Below are positions 38,402 through 48,317 of a DNA stretch of 64,000 nucleotides, one piece after another. The DNA comes from a bacterium (lineage in GTDB: Bacteria; Hinthialibacterota; Hinthialibacteria; Hinthialibacterales; Hinthialibacteraceae): assembly GCA_963663405.2 (NCBI GenBank), contig CAXXSM010000110.1, forward strand, positions 125,229-189,228. The letters are read 5' to 3'. A model generated the notes under the pieces. It saw nothing but the letters and a program-made list of their open reading frames with translations. It had not been told where the DNA came from and ran no database searches. Both the position numbers and the translations under genes were made by a program. The stretch's first letter is position 1; each line of letters starts with the position of its first letter.

Positions 38402-39826
38402 ATGTCTTTTATACTGCGAATTTTCACTTCTTTAATCTTTATTCTTTCTATTCCGCTAACCGGCTGGAATTATAAGCATATCCATTGGCGGTATTGGAAT
38501 CCAAATGATTGTCTGGGGAAAGCCAATACACCTTCGAACGTTTTGAAACCATTGGATCAACTCTTGACCACTCATGGTGATGGGAAGGATATGAACTGGT
38601 TGGATGGATACCATTTGCATCCGATTCCAAGTCCAGGGAACGCACTTTCCGTCTTTAAACAACAAAGCAGTTTAATTGCATCTTTATACAAAGATAGGAA
38701 TATAATCAATAATGCTGCTATTCGGGATAGATTATATTATTCGTTTCGAATTGATGACGATTCATGGTCTCCTCTCCAGCTAGAAACGGTAACTCCACAC
38801 ATTGTTTTGGTTCCTGGAAAATATCAATTTCATGTACGAACAGTAGACCGGAATGGGAATCAGGATCGAACTCCCATAATTCTTGATTGTACGGTATTGC
38901 CTATGTGGTATACGGAGCCAGTGGTTATCATTCTTATGAGTTGTAGTTTAATTTTGATCGTCACGCTCTTAGGCTTTGCTATCAACCGTCATATCGAACT
39001 TAGAAATTGTAAAAATACTTTGAAGAAGACTCAGAATCTGTTAATTCAATCTGAAAAAATGGCTTCGCTCGGACAGTTAATCGCCGGTGTGGCTCATGAA
39101 ATAAATAATCCAATCAATTTTATTAAAAGTAACATCCAACCGTTAAAAGAGTATTTGCAAGGATTTAAAAATATCTGTACCGAAGTGATCCAAAAAAAAG
39201 AACGAATGCCGGATGATTTGCAAGAAGAATTCAATACATCACTGGAGAAAAATGACATTGATTATTCAATTGATGATTGTGAGAAATTAGTTCAATCATT
39301 CCAAGAAGGTTCGGATCGCATTGCCAAAATCGTCGGTGATCTGCGGCTCTATTCCCGCAGTGATGAAGATTTTTTCTCGGATTTCGATATCCATGAAGCT
39401 ATCGAAGCCTCTCTGACCCTCTTATATAATCGGTATAAAAACCGTGTCACAATTAACAAAGAATACGCCACTCTCCCAACTGTGAAATGCTCGCCTGGGA
39501 AGATCAATCAAGTCTTTTTAAATCTACTTAGTAACGCGATCGAATCGATAGAGGAAGAGGGAAACGTTTGGATTGCAACGAGACGAATTAACGATAACGT
39601 TGTTGTAACGGTGCGAGATGATGGGAAGGGAATTACTCCGGAGCATCTATCGAAAATTTTCGATCCCTTCTTCACGACAAAGCCTGTTGGATCTGGAACT
39701 GGCCTAGGACTATCACTCTCGCATGATATCATTGAACAACATGGAGGAACGATTTCCGTTGATAGCGAATTGGCTAAAGGAACAACTTTCACTGTCACAC
39801 TCTCTATTCATGCTGTGACTTACTGA
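38402..39826 (+). CDS. sensor histidine kinase, short paralogue of 31173-34472
   Basis: Signal peptide, first blade region, Y_Y_Y, TM, and shared SLGQLxAGVAHEINNPINFIKSNIQPLKEY and DPFFTTKPVGSGTGLGLSLS. Confidence 0.93.
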   Translation: MSFILRIFTSLIFILSIPLTGWNYKHIHWRYWNPNDCLGKANTPSNVLKPLDQLLTTHGDGKDMNWLDGYHLHPIPSPGNALSVFKQQSSLIASLYKDRNIINNAAIRDRLYYSFRIDDDSWSPLQLETVTPHIVLVPGKYQFHVRTVDRNGNQDRTPIILDCTVLPMWYTEPVVIILMSCSLILIVTLLGFAINRHIELRNCKNTLKKTQNLLIQSEKMASLGQLIAGVAHEINNPINFIKSNIQPLKEYLQGFKNICTEVIQKKERMPDDLQEEFNTSLEKNDIDYSIDDCEKLVQSFQEGSDRIAKIVGDLRLYSRSDEDFFSDFDIHEAIEASLTLLYNRYKNRVTINKEYATLPTVKCSPGKINQVFLNLLSNAIESIEEEGNVWIATRRINDNVVVTVRDDGKGITPEHLSKIFDPFFTTKPVGSGTGLGLSLSHDIIEQHGGTISVDSELAKGTTFTVTLSIHAVTY

Positions 39827-39870
39827 GAATATTCGAACCATTGTTCATCACGAGCATAAGGATTTAGAAA

Positions 39871-40476
39871 GTGGAATACACCATGAGTGAGGATTTCGAT
39901 AATCTACATTCCGCCAACGATCCAAAAGTCTTACTTTACGCATTGACTGAATTGTTAATCGACAATGGAATCATCGATAGAGTCGAATTTAGTAAAGTGA
40001 TCGTAAAGTGGCAAAAAACATTGGGAATCGAAACGGATGTAAAACCCCTTGAATTTTTAGCATCCCAACAAATAAAAAACGTTTCGCCAGTAATCGGTTC
40101 GGAAATCTCTGCCAGAAAGAGGACCGTCCTTGTCGTCGATGATGTCCCACATATTCGTAAAATGATTAAAAGCGCATTACATATGAATGGTTATTTTGTG
40201 ATTGCGGAAGCCGGCGAGGGTAAAAAAGCAATAGACTTATTTACCGAATTCCAACCAGGTTACGTGCTTATGGATATCGAAATGAAAGGGATGAATGGAC
40301 TTGACGCGTTACGGCAGATTCGATCCTTTGATCAAGAAGTACCTATAATTATCATTACTGGGAATCCTAAAAAAGACTACTTGATCGAAGCGATGAATTG
40401 CAGTTCAACCGACTTCATCGTGAAACCTGTTGATGTCAATCGACTAATCCAAGTGATGAAAAAATTCCAGACTTGA
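39871..40476 (+). CDS. response regulator: short N-terminal helical domain plus C-terminal REC
   Basis: VLVVDD, LMDIEM, IIITG, IVKP; N-terminal LTELLIDNGIIDRVEF segment. Confidence 0.9.
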   Translation: MEYTMSEDFDNLHSANDPKVLLYALTELLIDNGIIDRVEFSKVIVKWQKTLGIETDVKPLEFLASQQIKNVSPVIGSEISARKRTVLVVDDVPHIRKMIKSALHMNGYFVIAEAGEGKKAIDLFTEFQPGYVLMDIEMKGMNGLDALRQIRSFDQEVPIIIITGNPKKDYLIEAMNCSSTDFIVKPVDVNRLIQVMKKFQT

Positions 40477-40506
40477 AGCATTTGGATACCATGAGGAGTA
40501 TGAATC

Positions 40507-41583
40507 ATGGCATTTAAACATACCATTCTCTGCGTCGATGATGAACAGTACAACCTAGATGCGCTCCGTCGAACGTTACGGAAAGAGTACACAGTTATCA
40601 CAGCGTTGAGCGGTCTGGAAGGAATCCAAATTCTTGAAAAAAATACTATCTCGTTAGTCATTACAGATCAACGTATGCCAGACATGTCAGGAGTGGAGTT
40701 CCTGCAAAAAACGATCGATATGTCTCCTGATATCGTTCGGATTATACTGACAGGTTTTACTGATGTGGAGGATCTGATCAGCGCTATTAACACAGGCCAT
40801 GTATACCGCTATATCACCAAACCTTGGGATCCGAACGACCTGAAAATCACTGTAAAACGCGCCTTAGAATCTTTGGAACTTACCCTTGAAAACCGCCAAT
40901 TGTTCGAAGATGTCATCCGTCTTGAAAAAATGGCGACAGTCGGTCAAGTCGCCAGTGGAATCGCTCACGAAGTCCGCAATCAACTTAACGCTTTAATGGG
41001 GATTCAACTCATCCAAAAACAACACCCGGATGACGAATTTATCAAATTTGTCACGGAACAGACACTCATGGCTCGGGATAATATTCTGAACATCTTGAAC
41101 GATATCAAAGCTCTCGGAAAACAGTCGGATGAAACGTTGAAGAAGACGGACTTTCATATCTCCATGATGATCAGACTCACCTTGGATATTCTATCATTTG
41201 ATACGGATACAAAAAATATAAATTTCGAAATCCAATCTTCATCCGATCCAGTTATCCGCTGTGATCAAAACCGCATTATTCAAGTGTTGATCAATCTCGC
41301 CAGAAATGCCGCTCACGCTCAAAACTGTGAAGGGACAATCGTTTTTAAAATTGAAGTATTCGATAACTACGTTTACTTGAAGGTTATTGATAGAGGTTGC
41401 GGAATACCTGAAGAACAGCAAGATAAAATTTGGCAGCCATTCTTTACGACGAAAGGTGATCGAGGAACAGGTTTGGGCCTTCAAATCAGTAAACGTATCA
41501 TCAAAGCTCACAATGGCGATTTATACTTTGATAGTAAACTAGGTGAGGGAACAATATTTGTTGTTAAACTGCCAATATTATAG
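40507..41583 (+). CDS. REC-histidine kinase hybrid
   Basis: LCVDDE, TDQRMP, YITKPW, then AHEVRNQL, NLARNA, DRGCGI, GTGLGL. Confidence 0.94.
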   Translation: MAFKHTILCVDDEQYNLDALRRTLRKEYTVITALSGLEGIQILEKNTISLVITDQRMPDMSGVEFLQKTIDMSPDIVRIILTGFTDVEDLISAINTGHVYRYITKPWDPNDLKITVKRALESLELTLENRQLFEDVIRLEKMATVGQVASGIAHEVRNQLNALMGIQLIQKQHPDDEFIKFVTEQTLMARDNILNILNDIKALGKQSDETLKKTDFHISMMIRLTLDILSFDTDTKNINFEIQSSSDPVIRCDQNRIIQVLINLARNAAHAQNCEGTIVFKIEVFDNYVYLKVIDRGCGIPEEQQDKIWQPFFTTKGDRGTGLGLQISKRIIKAHNGDLYFDSKLGEGTIFVVKLPIL

Positions 41584-41599
41584 AAATAATCATTTCTAT

Positions 41600-41810
41600 A
41601 AGTGTGTCGATTTTGCAAGAAGACTTTCACACCTTTAACCATACTGTTTGCAGAACAAATTACAGCCCGGATTCCAGACTTTTGTCCTGATGTCATGGAA
41701 GTTCTACGGCGCCGCTTTTTCGAGCCATTCATTAAAACACCGAAACATCTGGGTGGAATCGATCTTTTTGACCAGAAGCGTGACAACTTCTTCGGTCCAG
41801 AGAACGCACG
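41600..41810 (-). pseudogene. internal remnant of an IS91-type transposase
   Basis: Clear DNA similarity to 29500-29640 (CGGCGCCGCTTTTTCGAGCC; TTTGCAGAAC). Confidence 0.75.
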
Positions 41811-41834
41811 CAAACATCAAAGTTTGAGCCACCC

Positions 41835-41900
41835 TGTGGCTGTTAACCGCGAATCGGACCACTGCTAATCTCTTGAAGTTATTAATGTTATATCATATCC
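41835..41900 (+). mobile_element. isolated IS481-like left end
   Basis: TGTGGCTGTTAACCGCGAATCGGACCACTGCTAATC...TTATATCATAT. Confidence 0.75.
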
Positions 41901-42024
41901 CCGCGTCGATATTTGATCATCCAGTAAAAATATACTGTATATAGTTACCTGAAAAGTTACAACAAATTTTCGTCCTATACTTTCGATATGTGGGTATACT
42001 TAGGCTTATGGGAATATGACACCG

Positions 42025-42225
42025 GATTTGGTACGGATGCACTCCGTGCAGACTGGCGAGTTTGGACAGGATTTTCTCTCCCTTGATCGCGTTCAGAGCG
42101 ACTTTGACTTTGAACACGCCGCTGAATTGGTTACGTTTGTTCTTCATGGTCAATCCTCCAAGCCAAGTTGTCGACTCGGTGGATTTCCACTTTAAACCAC
42201 TGTCCGAATTTGGGGGGGCACTTCA
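42025..42225 (-). mobile_element. IS3-family left end with truncated OrfA
   Basis: [76 protein letters not shown]. Confidence 0.8.
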
Positions 42226-44840
42226 CATCCTACCGTTTTGGCGAACGCGTATGTTTTGCAGGGCTGAAGCGCCTTTATTTTGGGGGAACCAATGGATTAA
42301 TAATCATTGATCCAGACAAATTTGAATTTAACTGGAACATTCCAAATGTCGTTATCACAGATTTTCTTGTGAACGGTGAATCGTTGCTGAATGATAATAA
42401 GAGATACAATTTGAATACGATATTGAATCGTGAAATTCAATTTCCCTATGGCAAACGCGATATAACGATCGTTTTCTCAGCGATGGATTTTAATAATCCG
42501 AAATTGAATCAGTATGCCTATCGCTTCAAGGATGAAAACAACTCATGGATTCCTCTTGGTAATCGCAATTATCTGCAGCTCGCGGATGTTCAACCCGGAT
42601 ATCATACATTACAAATTAAAGCCTCGAACAATGATGGCATTTGGAATGAGGATGGTATCCGTTTATCAATTCGTGTGTTCCCTGCTTTCTGGCAAACTTG
42701 GTGGTTTCGTATCACGGTTGTATTCCTATTTTTATTGGGCGTAGGATTGCTTTACTCTTTGCGTGTCCGTAATATAAAAAAGATGAATATGCGTCTTGAA
42801 CAGGAAGTGGAAATACGCACAGCCGATCTTCGGGAAACACAGGCGCATTTAAAATTGGAAAAAGAAAAGGTGGAAGCCGCCGCAGAAGCCAAAAGCCAAT
42901 TCCTAGCCAACATGAGTCATGAAATCCGAACGCCCATCAATGGAATCATTGGAATGATGGAACTTGCTCTGGATTACAAATTGGAACCGTCGTTACGAAA
43001 TTATATTAAACGAACCTATGACTCCGCTGATTCCTTAATTGAGATCATCAATGATATTCTTGAATTTTCCAAAATTGAAATAGGAAAATTAACACTGGTT
43101 CCAGTTGAATTTAGTTTACGGGAATGTATCGGAAATGTTCTACATGATTTTACTGTCCTATTACAAAACAAAGACGTAGAGTTAGTGTTCGATATTGTAT
43201 CCGATGTTCCAGATTCGTTAATCGGAGATAAAATCCGTCTTCGGCAAGTTTTAATGAATCTCATTGGTAACGCTGTTAAATTTACTAAAGAAGGGGAAAT
43301 CTGCATTCGTGTCCGTACATTTTCTCTCGAACCGGAAACGGTCACACTTCAGTTCAACGTAAGTGATACTGGTATTGGAATCCCAGTCGAGAAACAAAAT
43401 TTGATTTTCCAGGAATTCGAACAAGCAGATGTTTCCACCACCCGGAAATATGGAGGAACCGGACTCGGTCTCGCGATCTCGAAAAAATTGGTTGAGTTAA
43501 TGGGAGGGGATATGAGTATCGAAAGCCCTCGGCCAAATTGGGAGAAAGATTCCAAAGGAGAGCCAGGGAGCGTATTTCATTTCACCACGGTTTTCGAATT
43601 GGGTTCCAATCAAGAAAAAGAATTGACTCCTCCAGCCGTCTGGAGTGAGAAGCGTGTTTTGGTAGTCGATGATAATGAAATAAACCGGATAGTGATTCAT
43701 GACTACCTGCAAAACTGGAAATGGAAATCTGAAACCGCCGCCAATGGAGAAGAGGCGCTCGAAGCCATACAAAAATCGATATTGGATCAACAACCGTACA
43801 ACCTACTTTTAATCGACTCACAAATGCCGGACATAGATGGATACTCTTTGGTGAATCAGATTCACCAAATTCCCGACCTTCTACCAATACCAATCATTCT
43901 GTTGTCATCTGGAGACTATCAACAAGTTGAAAAACGATGTACTGAACTCGATATACACTCGATTCTCTTAAAACCACTGAAACAATCCGATCTTTACAAT
44001 GCGATTCTGGCCATCTTTGATCCTACCCTCGTATCTAAACCGTCGACTGAAGTGTTAACAGACGATGGAAAGAATGAAATCGATGTTTCGTTACGCATTC
44101 TTTTGGTAGAAGATAACGAGATCAATCAAATGACAGTAAAAGAGCGATTAGAAAAATGGAAACATACTGTCACCATTGCAAATGATGGTTTTGAAGCCAT
44201 TGATCGGTTAGACAACGGACAATTTGATTTAGTCTTGATGGACATACACATGCCCAACATGGACGGGATTACCGCCACTAAGAACATTCGGGAGAAAGAA
44301 CTAGGAACAGAAAAACATATCCCAATTATCGCCATGACAGCGGCCGCCATGCGAGAAGACCGGAACAAATGTCTGGCGATCGGCATGGACGCCTATGTTC
44401 CCAAACCGGTTAAAGCACATCAATTGAATGTAGTAATCGCATCCATTTTCAAAACTCATATCCAACCCATGATTTCTTTATGGAATGAGGATGAAACCGG
44501 CGCCACTAACGATGTTTTCGATAAACAAACATTACTCCAGGAAGTGGATGGTAATCTTGAATTGCTCAAGAAAATGATAGATATATTCAATCACAAAGGA
44601 CCGGAGCAAATAGAACTTGTCAAAACAGCTGTAGCGAATCAAGATACAGAAGACCTGTATCAAACCGCCCATAAACTGAAAGGGATTTTCGGCGATTTTT
44701 ACGCTCATAATGGAATGCGGATCGCACAAGAGCTCGAAAGAATGGGAAGGGAAGATAATTTGAAAAATATCGATGAAGTACTGAAGAATGTTGAAGACGA
44801 ATTTGCCCGTTTAACAAAAGCGCTGAATGAATCGTTTTGA
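42168..44840 (+). CDS. 5'-truncated hybrid kinase (last blade, Y_Y_Y, TM, HisKA, HATPase, REC, REC, HPt)
   Basis: [38 protein letters not shown], two REC domains, AHKLKG. The first ~20 codons are read from the IS3 end and there is no signal peptide. Confidence 0.88.
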   Translation: MSTRWISTLNHCPNLGGHFTSYRFGERVCFAGLKRLYFGGTNGLIIIDPDKFEFNWNIPNVVITDFLVNGESLLNDNKRYNLNTILNREIQFPYGKRDITIVFSAMDFNNPKLNQYAYRFKDENNSWIPLGNRNYLQLADVQPGYHTLQIKASNNDGIWNEDGIRLSIRVFPAFWQTWWFRITVVFLFLLGVGLLYSLRVRNIKKMNMRLEQEVEIRTADLRETQAHLKLEKEKVEAAAEAKSQFLANMSHEIRTPINGIIGMMELALDYKLEPSLRNYIKRTYDSADSLIEIINDILEFSKIEIGKLTLVPVEFSLRECIGNVLHDFTVLLQNKDVELVFDIVSDVPDSLIGDKIRLRQVLMNLIGNAVKFTKEGEICIRVRTFSLEPETVTLQFNVSDTGIGIPVEKQNLIFQEFEQADVSTTRKYGGTGLGLAISKKLVELMGGDMSIESPRPNWEKDSKGEPGSVFHFTTVFELGSNQEKELTPPAVWSEKRVLVVDDNEINRIVIHDYLQNWKWKSETAANGEEALEAIQKSILDQQPYNLLLIDSQMPDIDGYSLVNQIHQIPDLLPIPIILLSSGDYQQVEKRCTELDIHSILLKPLKQSDLYNAILAIFDPTLVSKPSTEVLTDDGKNEIDVSLRILLVEDNEINQMTVKERLEKWKHTVTIANDGFEAIDRLDNGQFDLVLMDIHMPNMDGITATKNIREKELGTEKHIPIIAMTAAAMREDRNKCLAIGMDAYVPKPVKAHQLNVVIASIFKTHIQPMISLWNEDETGATNDVFDKQTLLQEVDGNLELLKKMIDIFNHKGPEQIELVKTAVANQDTEDLYQTAHKLKGIFGDFYAHNGMRIAQELERMGREDNLKNIDEVLKNVEDEFARLTKALNESF

Positions 44841-44849
44841 AAGGAAAAA

Positions 44850-45458
44850 ATGAGAATTCTAGTCACGGAAGATAATGATATAACAAGGATTAAACTTGAA
44901 GGAATCCTCTCTAATTGGGAGTATGATGTTATAACGGCCCAAGATGGGAATGAAGCCTGGGAAGAATTGCACCGGCCTCAAGCCCCCAAACTTGTTTTGT
45001 TGGATTGGAAAATGCCGGGAAAAGATGGCGTGGAAATCTGCAAGAAAATTCGTCAAGAAGAAAATAACACTCCTCCTTATATTATTTTGCTGACGGGGAA
45101 AGATCATAAGGAAGATATAATAGAAGGCCTGCAAGCCGGCGCCGATGATTATATTGTCAAACCCTTTGATATTGATGCACTCAAGGCTCGAATTGAAGTC
45201 GGTCAGCGAGTGATCAATCTACAAACGAATCTTGCTGAGCGCATTGATGAGCTTCAACAAGCGGTCAATCACATCAAGCGGTTGCAAGGTATTATTCCCA
45301 TTTGCGCATATTGCAAAAAAATCCGGAACGACCAGGAAAGTTGGGAACAGATGGAAAAATATATTTCTGAACATTCTGATGCGCAATTCAGTCATGGAAT
45401 TTGCCCCGATTGCTACCAAGGGCAATTGAAATCGATTGAGAACACGAACGATTTCTGA
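44850..45458 (+). CDS. response regulator with a C-terminal Cys/His motif domain
   Basis: REC (LLDWKMP, GADDYIVKP), coiled coil, IPICAYCKKIRND...SHGICPDC. Confidence 0.92.
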   Translation: MRILVTEDNDITRIKLEGILSNWEYDVITAQDGNEAWEELHRPQAPKLVLLDWKMPGKDGVEICKKIRQEENNTPPYIILLTGKDHKEDIIEGLQAGADDYIVKPFDIDALKARIEVGQRVINLQTNLAERIDELQQAVNHIKRLQGIIPICAYCKKIRNDQESWEQMEKYISEHSDAQFSHGICPDCYQGQLKSIENTNDF

Positions 45459-45599
45459 TCTGAGGCTATCCTATACATAGAATCTCTCTCAAACAGAACG
45501 AATTCTACTTTATAAAAAAGGCGGAATTGCTTATTCATAATTCAGCGACAAAAAAACATTGTCCTTACGAAAGAAACACCACTCGGACAATTCCATCGG

Positions 45600-45914
45600 A
45601 TGATAACGGATTCTAAATCTAAAGTATGGATTAGTGGATTAAGCGGTCTCCTTGAAATTCCTATCGAACAATCAAGGACAGTTAATCGGTCGGAATGGCT
45701 CTTGCACGGATACCCAGCAGAATACAGAAAATTTTTTACTGATACGAGAAAACTATATCCTGACGGAGAAATTCTAGTCTCTTGGATGGAAGCCGAATCG
45801 GATAATAAAATTCTGATGATATTCAAAGACGGCAATTGGGAGTTGCTCTATCGCGATATATTCGATAGTTGTTGGTTGGGACATGATAATGGTTTTTGGA
45901 TTAAATCGTTTTAA
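45600..45914 (+). pseudogene. probable internal fragment of a beta-propeller sensor
   Basis: ITDSKSKVWISGLSGL and FKDGNWE...WLGHDNGFWI resemble blades of 31173-34472. Confidence 0.45.
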
Positions 45915-46103
45915 GACAAATAACTATATGAATTCTTATAGCGAAAGAAAATGTCATAATGAAGATTAAACGGCTCTTCCTAGAATCGAGTTAAGCCTTG
46001 TAGAATTATCAGAAGTGGAACAAGAAAATGACTATGAAATTGTTAATCATTCTTAAGGCTGAATATAATATACTATGGAATTTCTTGGTAAGGGGATTGA
46101 TAG

Positions 46104-46991
46104 ATGAAAATTCTTGTTGCAGACGATAGTGAAATCACTCGGTTTAAATTGGAAAGCATATTGAGCAGTTGGAACTATGATGTTGTCCAAGCAATCGATG
46201 GCGCAGAAGCATGGACTATTCTTCAACAAGATGAAACGATTCAAATAGCCATTCTGGACTGGTTAATGCCTGGATTAAGTGGAATCGATATTTGTAAGAA
46301 TATAAGAGAGCAAAAAGAAAGAATCTATACATATACTATTATTTTAACTTCTAGAAATAATATTGATGATATCATTCTAGGATTGAAATCAGGCGCTGAT
46401 GACTACTTGATAAAACCATATCACACGCAAGAACTAAAAGCGCGTCTGCAGGTTGGCGAACGCATCATTACTCTCCAAAATAATTTGTTTAACATGGCGA
46501 ATCATGACTCACTTACTGGAGTATTGAATCGCAGATCCATCATTAAAAAATGTGATACGGAATTAAATCGATCAAAACGCAAAAGCGTAATTACAGGGAT
46601 TATCATGGCTGACTTGGATCATTTTAAACAGATTAACGACTTATACGGGCATCAAGCGGGTGACGCCGTGTTAGTGGAATGTACACAACGAATCCAACAG
46701 GAATTACGATCATATGATTCTTTAGGGCGTTATGGTGGAGAAGAATTCTTGATTTTAACTCCGGATACAAATCCTAAGGATATTTTAAAACATGCCGAAC
46801 GAATTCGACAGTCAATCAGTAATTCTCTCTTCCATTATCAAGAAAATGTAATTCCAGTCACAATGAGTATGGGAGTCGCCACTTCAGATGATAATCATTA
46901 CGAATCGGATACTCTTATTCGTTTGGCGGATGACGCATTATATGAAGCGAAAGAAAAAGGACGAAACAGAATCATTCACGCAACCATATAG
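46104..46991 (+). CDS. REC-GGDEF diguanylate cyclase
   Basis: REC, DSLTGVLNRR, DLDHFKQINDLYGHQAGD, I-site RSYD, RYGGEEF. Confidence 0.96.
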   Translation: MKILVADDSEITRFKLESILSSWNYDVVQAIDGAEAWTILQQDETIQIAILDWLMPGLSGIDICKNIREQKERIYTYTIILTSRNNIDDIILGLKSGADDYLIKPYHTQELKARLQVGERIITLQNNLFNMANHDSLTGVLNRRSIIKKCDTELNRSKRKSVITGIIMADLDHFKQINDLYGHQAGDAVLVECTQRIQQELRSYDSLGRYGGEEFLILTPDTNPKDILKHAERIRQSISNSLFHYQENVIPVTMSMGVATSDDNHYESDTLIRLADDALYEAKEKGRNRIIHATI

Positions 46992-46999
46992 TGAATTAC

Positions 47000-47180
47000 T
47001 CCCTCGAACTCTGATCCGATATGTCATAATCAAAGTTGATAAATGCGCCTTGGATCCTGTCATTGCCTCAGGAAGAATTATTGTGGTCCATTCAAAGAAC
47101 GAGTTCGATAACATCTTGCAAGATGGAAGGCCGTCCCATCTCCTGTCGGCGATCACTATAGTAGTCGTCCCGTAAAAAGT
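47000..47180 (-). pseudogene. decayed rve-type transposase fragment
   Basis: Frame reads GRPSILQDVIELVL*MDHNNSS*GNDRIQGAFINFDYDISDQ, similar to the GRP...ENPxWGxxRIQG segment. Confidence 0.55.
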
Positions 47181-47313
47181 GAAAAAGTACAATAATAGAT
47201 GGACGAAAGAGCGAAAATTAGGTATAGTTATTTACCGGTTTTCAGTGAGAACCCGTACATTTTCTGGGGAATTGTTGAGGGGAATATGCGTCCAAAATCA
47301 TCCAAGCAATCCG

Positions 47314-47630
47314 TGTCAATAGCCGGGTAGGTTTGATCCACTTGGAGTCGGTTTGATGTGACCCCCTTATTGATTCGGAGCCGTTTTTCTTTATCTTGTT
47401 AGTGCTGTTTTTTATCACCTCCTTTGTCCCCGCGTGAAAGGGGGATTGAGTTGGGTGGAAGACAGCCGATGGAACCGAGGCCGGCTGGAACCCAACTCAA
47501 TCTGCGTCTATTTTTCCTCCGCTGGTTTTTTGGATTTTGACGCGGGTTTGGACTTACGTTGTTTCTGTCGATAACTCGATCCTTTGATCTCTACAATATG
47601 CGCGTGATGAGTCAAACGATCCAACGCCGC
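47314..47630 (-). mobile_element. istB: IS21-family right end with IstB C-terminal remnant
   Basis: AALDRLTHHAHIVEIKGSSYRQKQ...* (47630-47508); 13-bp-stem hairpin 47444-47502; end TGTCAATAGCCGGG with TTTGATCCAC/TGTGACCCCC repeats. Confidence 0.8.
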
Positions 47631-48317
47631 TTACGCCAACAAACACCTCACTCCACTCCTCGAGAGCATTAGAGATGGCATATTTCTTTTCCCCGTTTTC
47701 CATACAACGAAAAAAAAGCCACATTATATAAATCTCTTAAGATTATTCTGACAAACACAAACTAATTAGTTTCTCATAGCCCTTTCCTTCTTTTGAGTTT
47801 GACTAACTTTAGTGTATGGAATGGGCTATGATTTCGTAACGCTCTTTTTTATCTTTTTTTCTTTCCGCAACAGAAACTAATTAGGCTACTCATTGATTTT
47901 ACTAACTTTACGAACTCTTTAGATTTACTTAATTGACCAATTTTTTTGTTAAAATCTGATTCTGGGTACTCTTTTGTTTCTTTTCCTTCCATATCAGAAA
48001 CGAGGGATAAGTATTGTGCCGCTGACTTTTGTTCTGTCTGGCGAATACGCGTGATGACTGGTCATCGGAAATTAGAGTGTCCTACATGATCACGAACTAC
48101 CGTCTGAGAAAAGCCTCCCGCGAGCAATGCAGAATTTGTTGAATGCCTGATTGTATGAGCGCTTATACCCTCAAGTCCTACTCGTTTTGTTGCTAATCGG
48201 ATACCTGTTTTCACATTGTTTGAAAGAGTCTTATTCTTAGTTGAAGTAAAGCAGGAGCTTATACTATTCTTCCTGATACTTACATTTCTCCTTTTCTCAA
48301 TCCATTACCACAGATCA

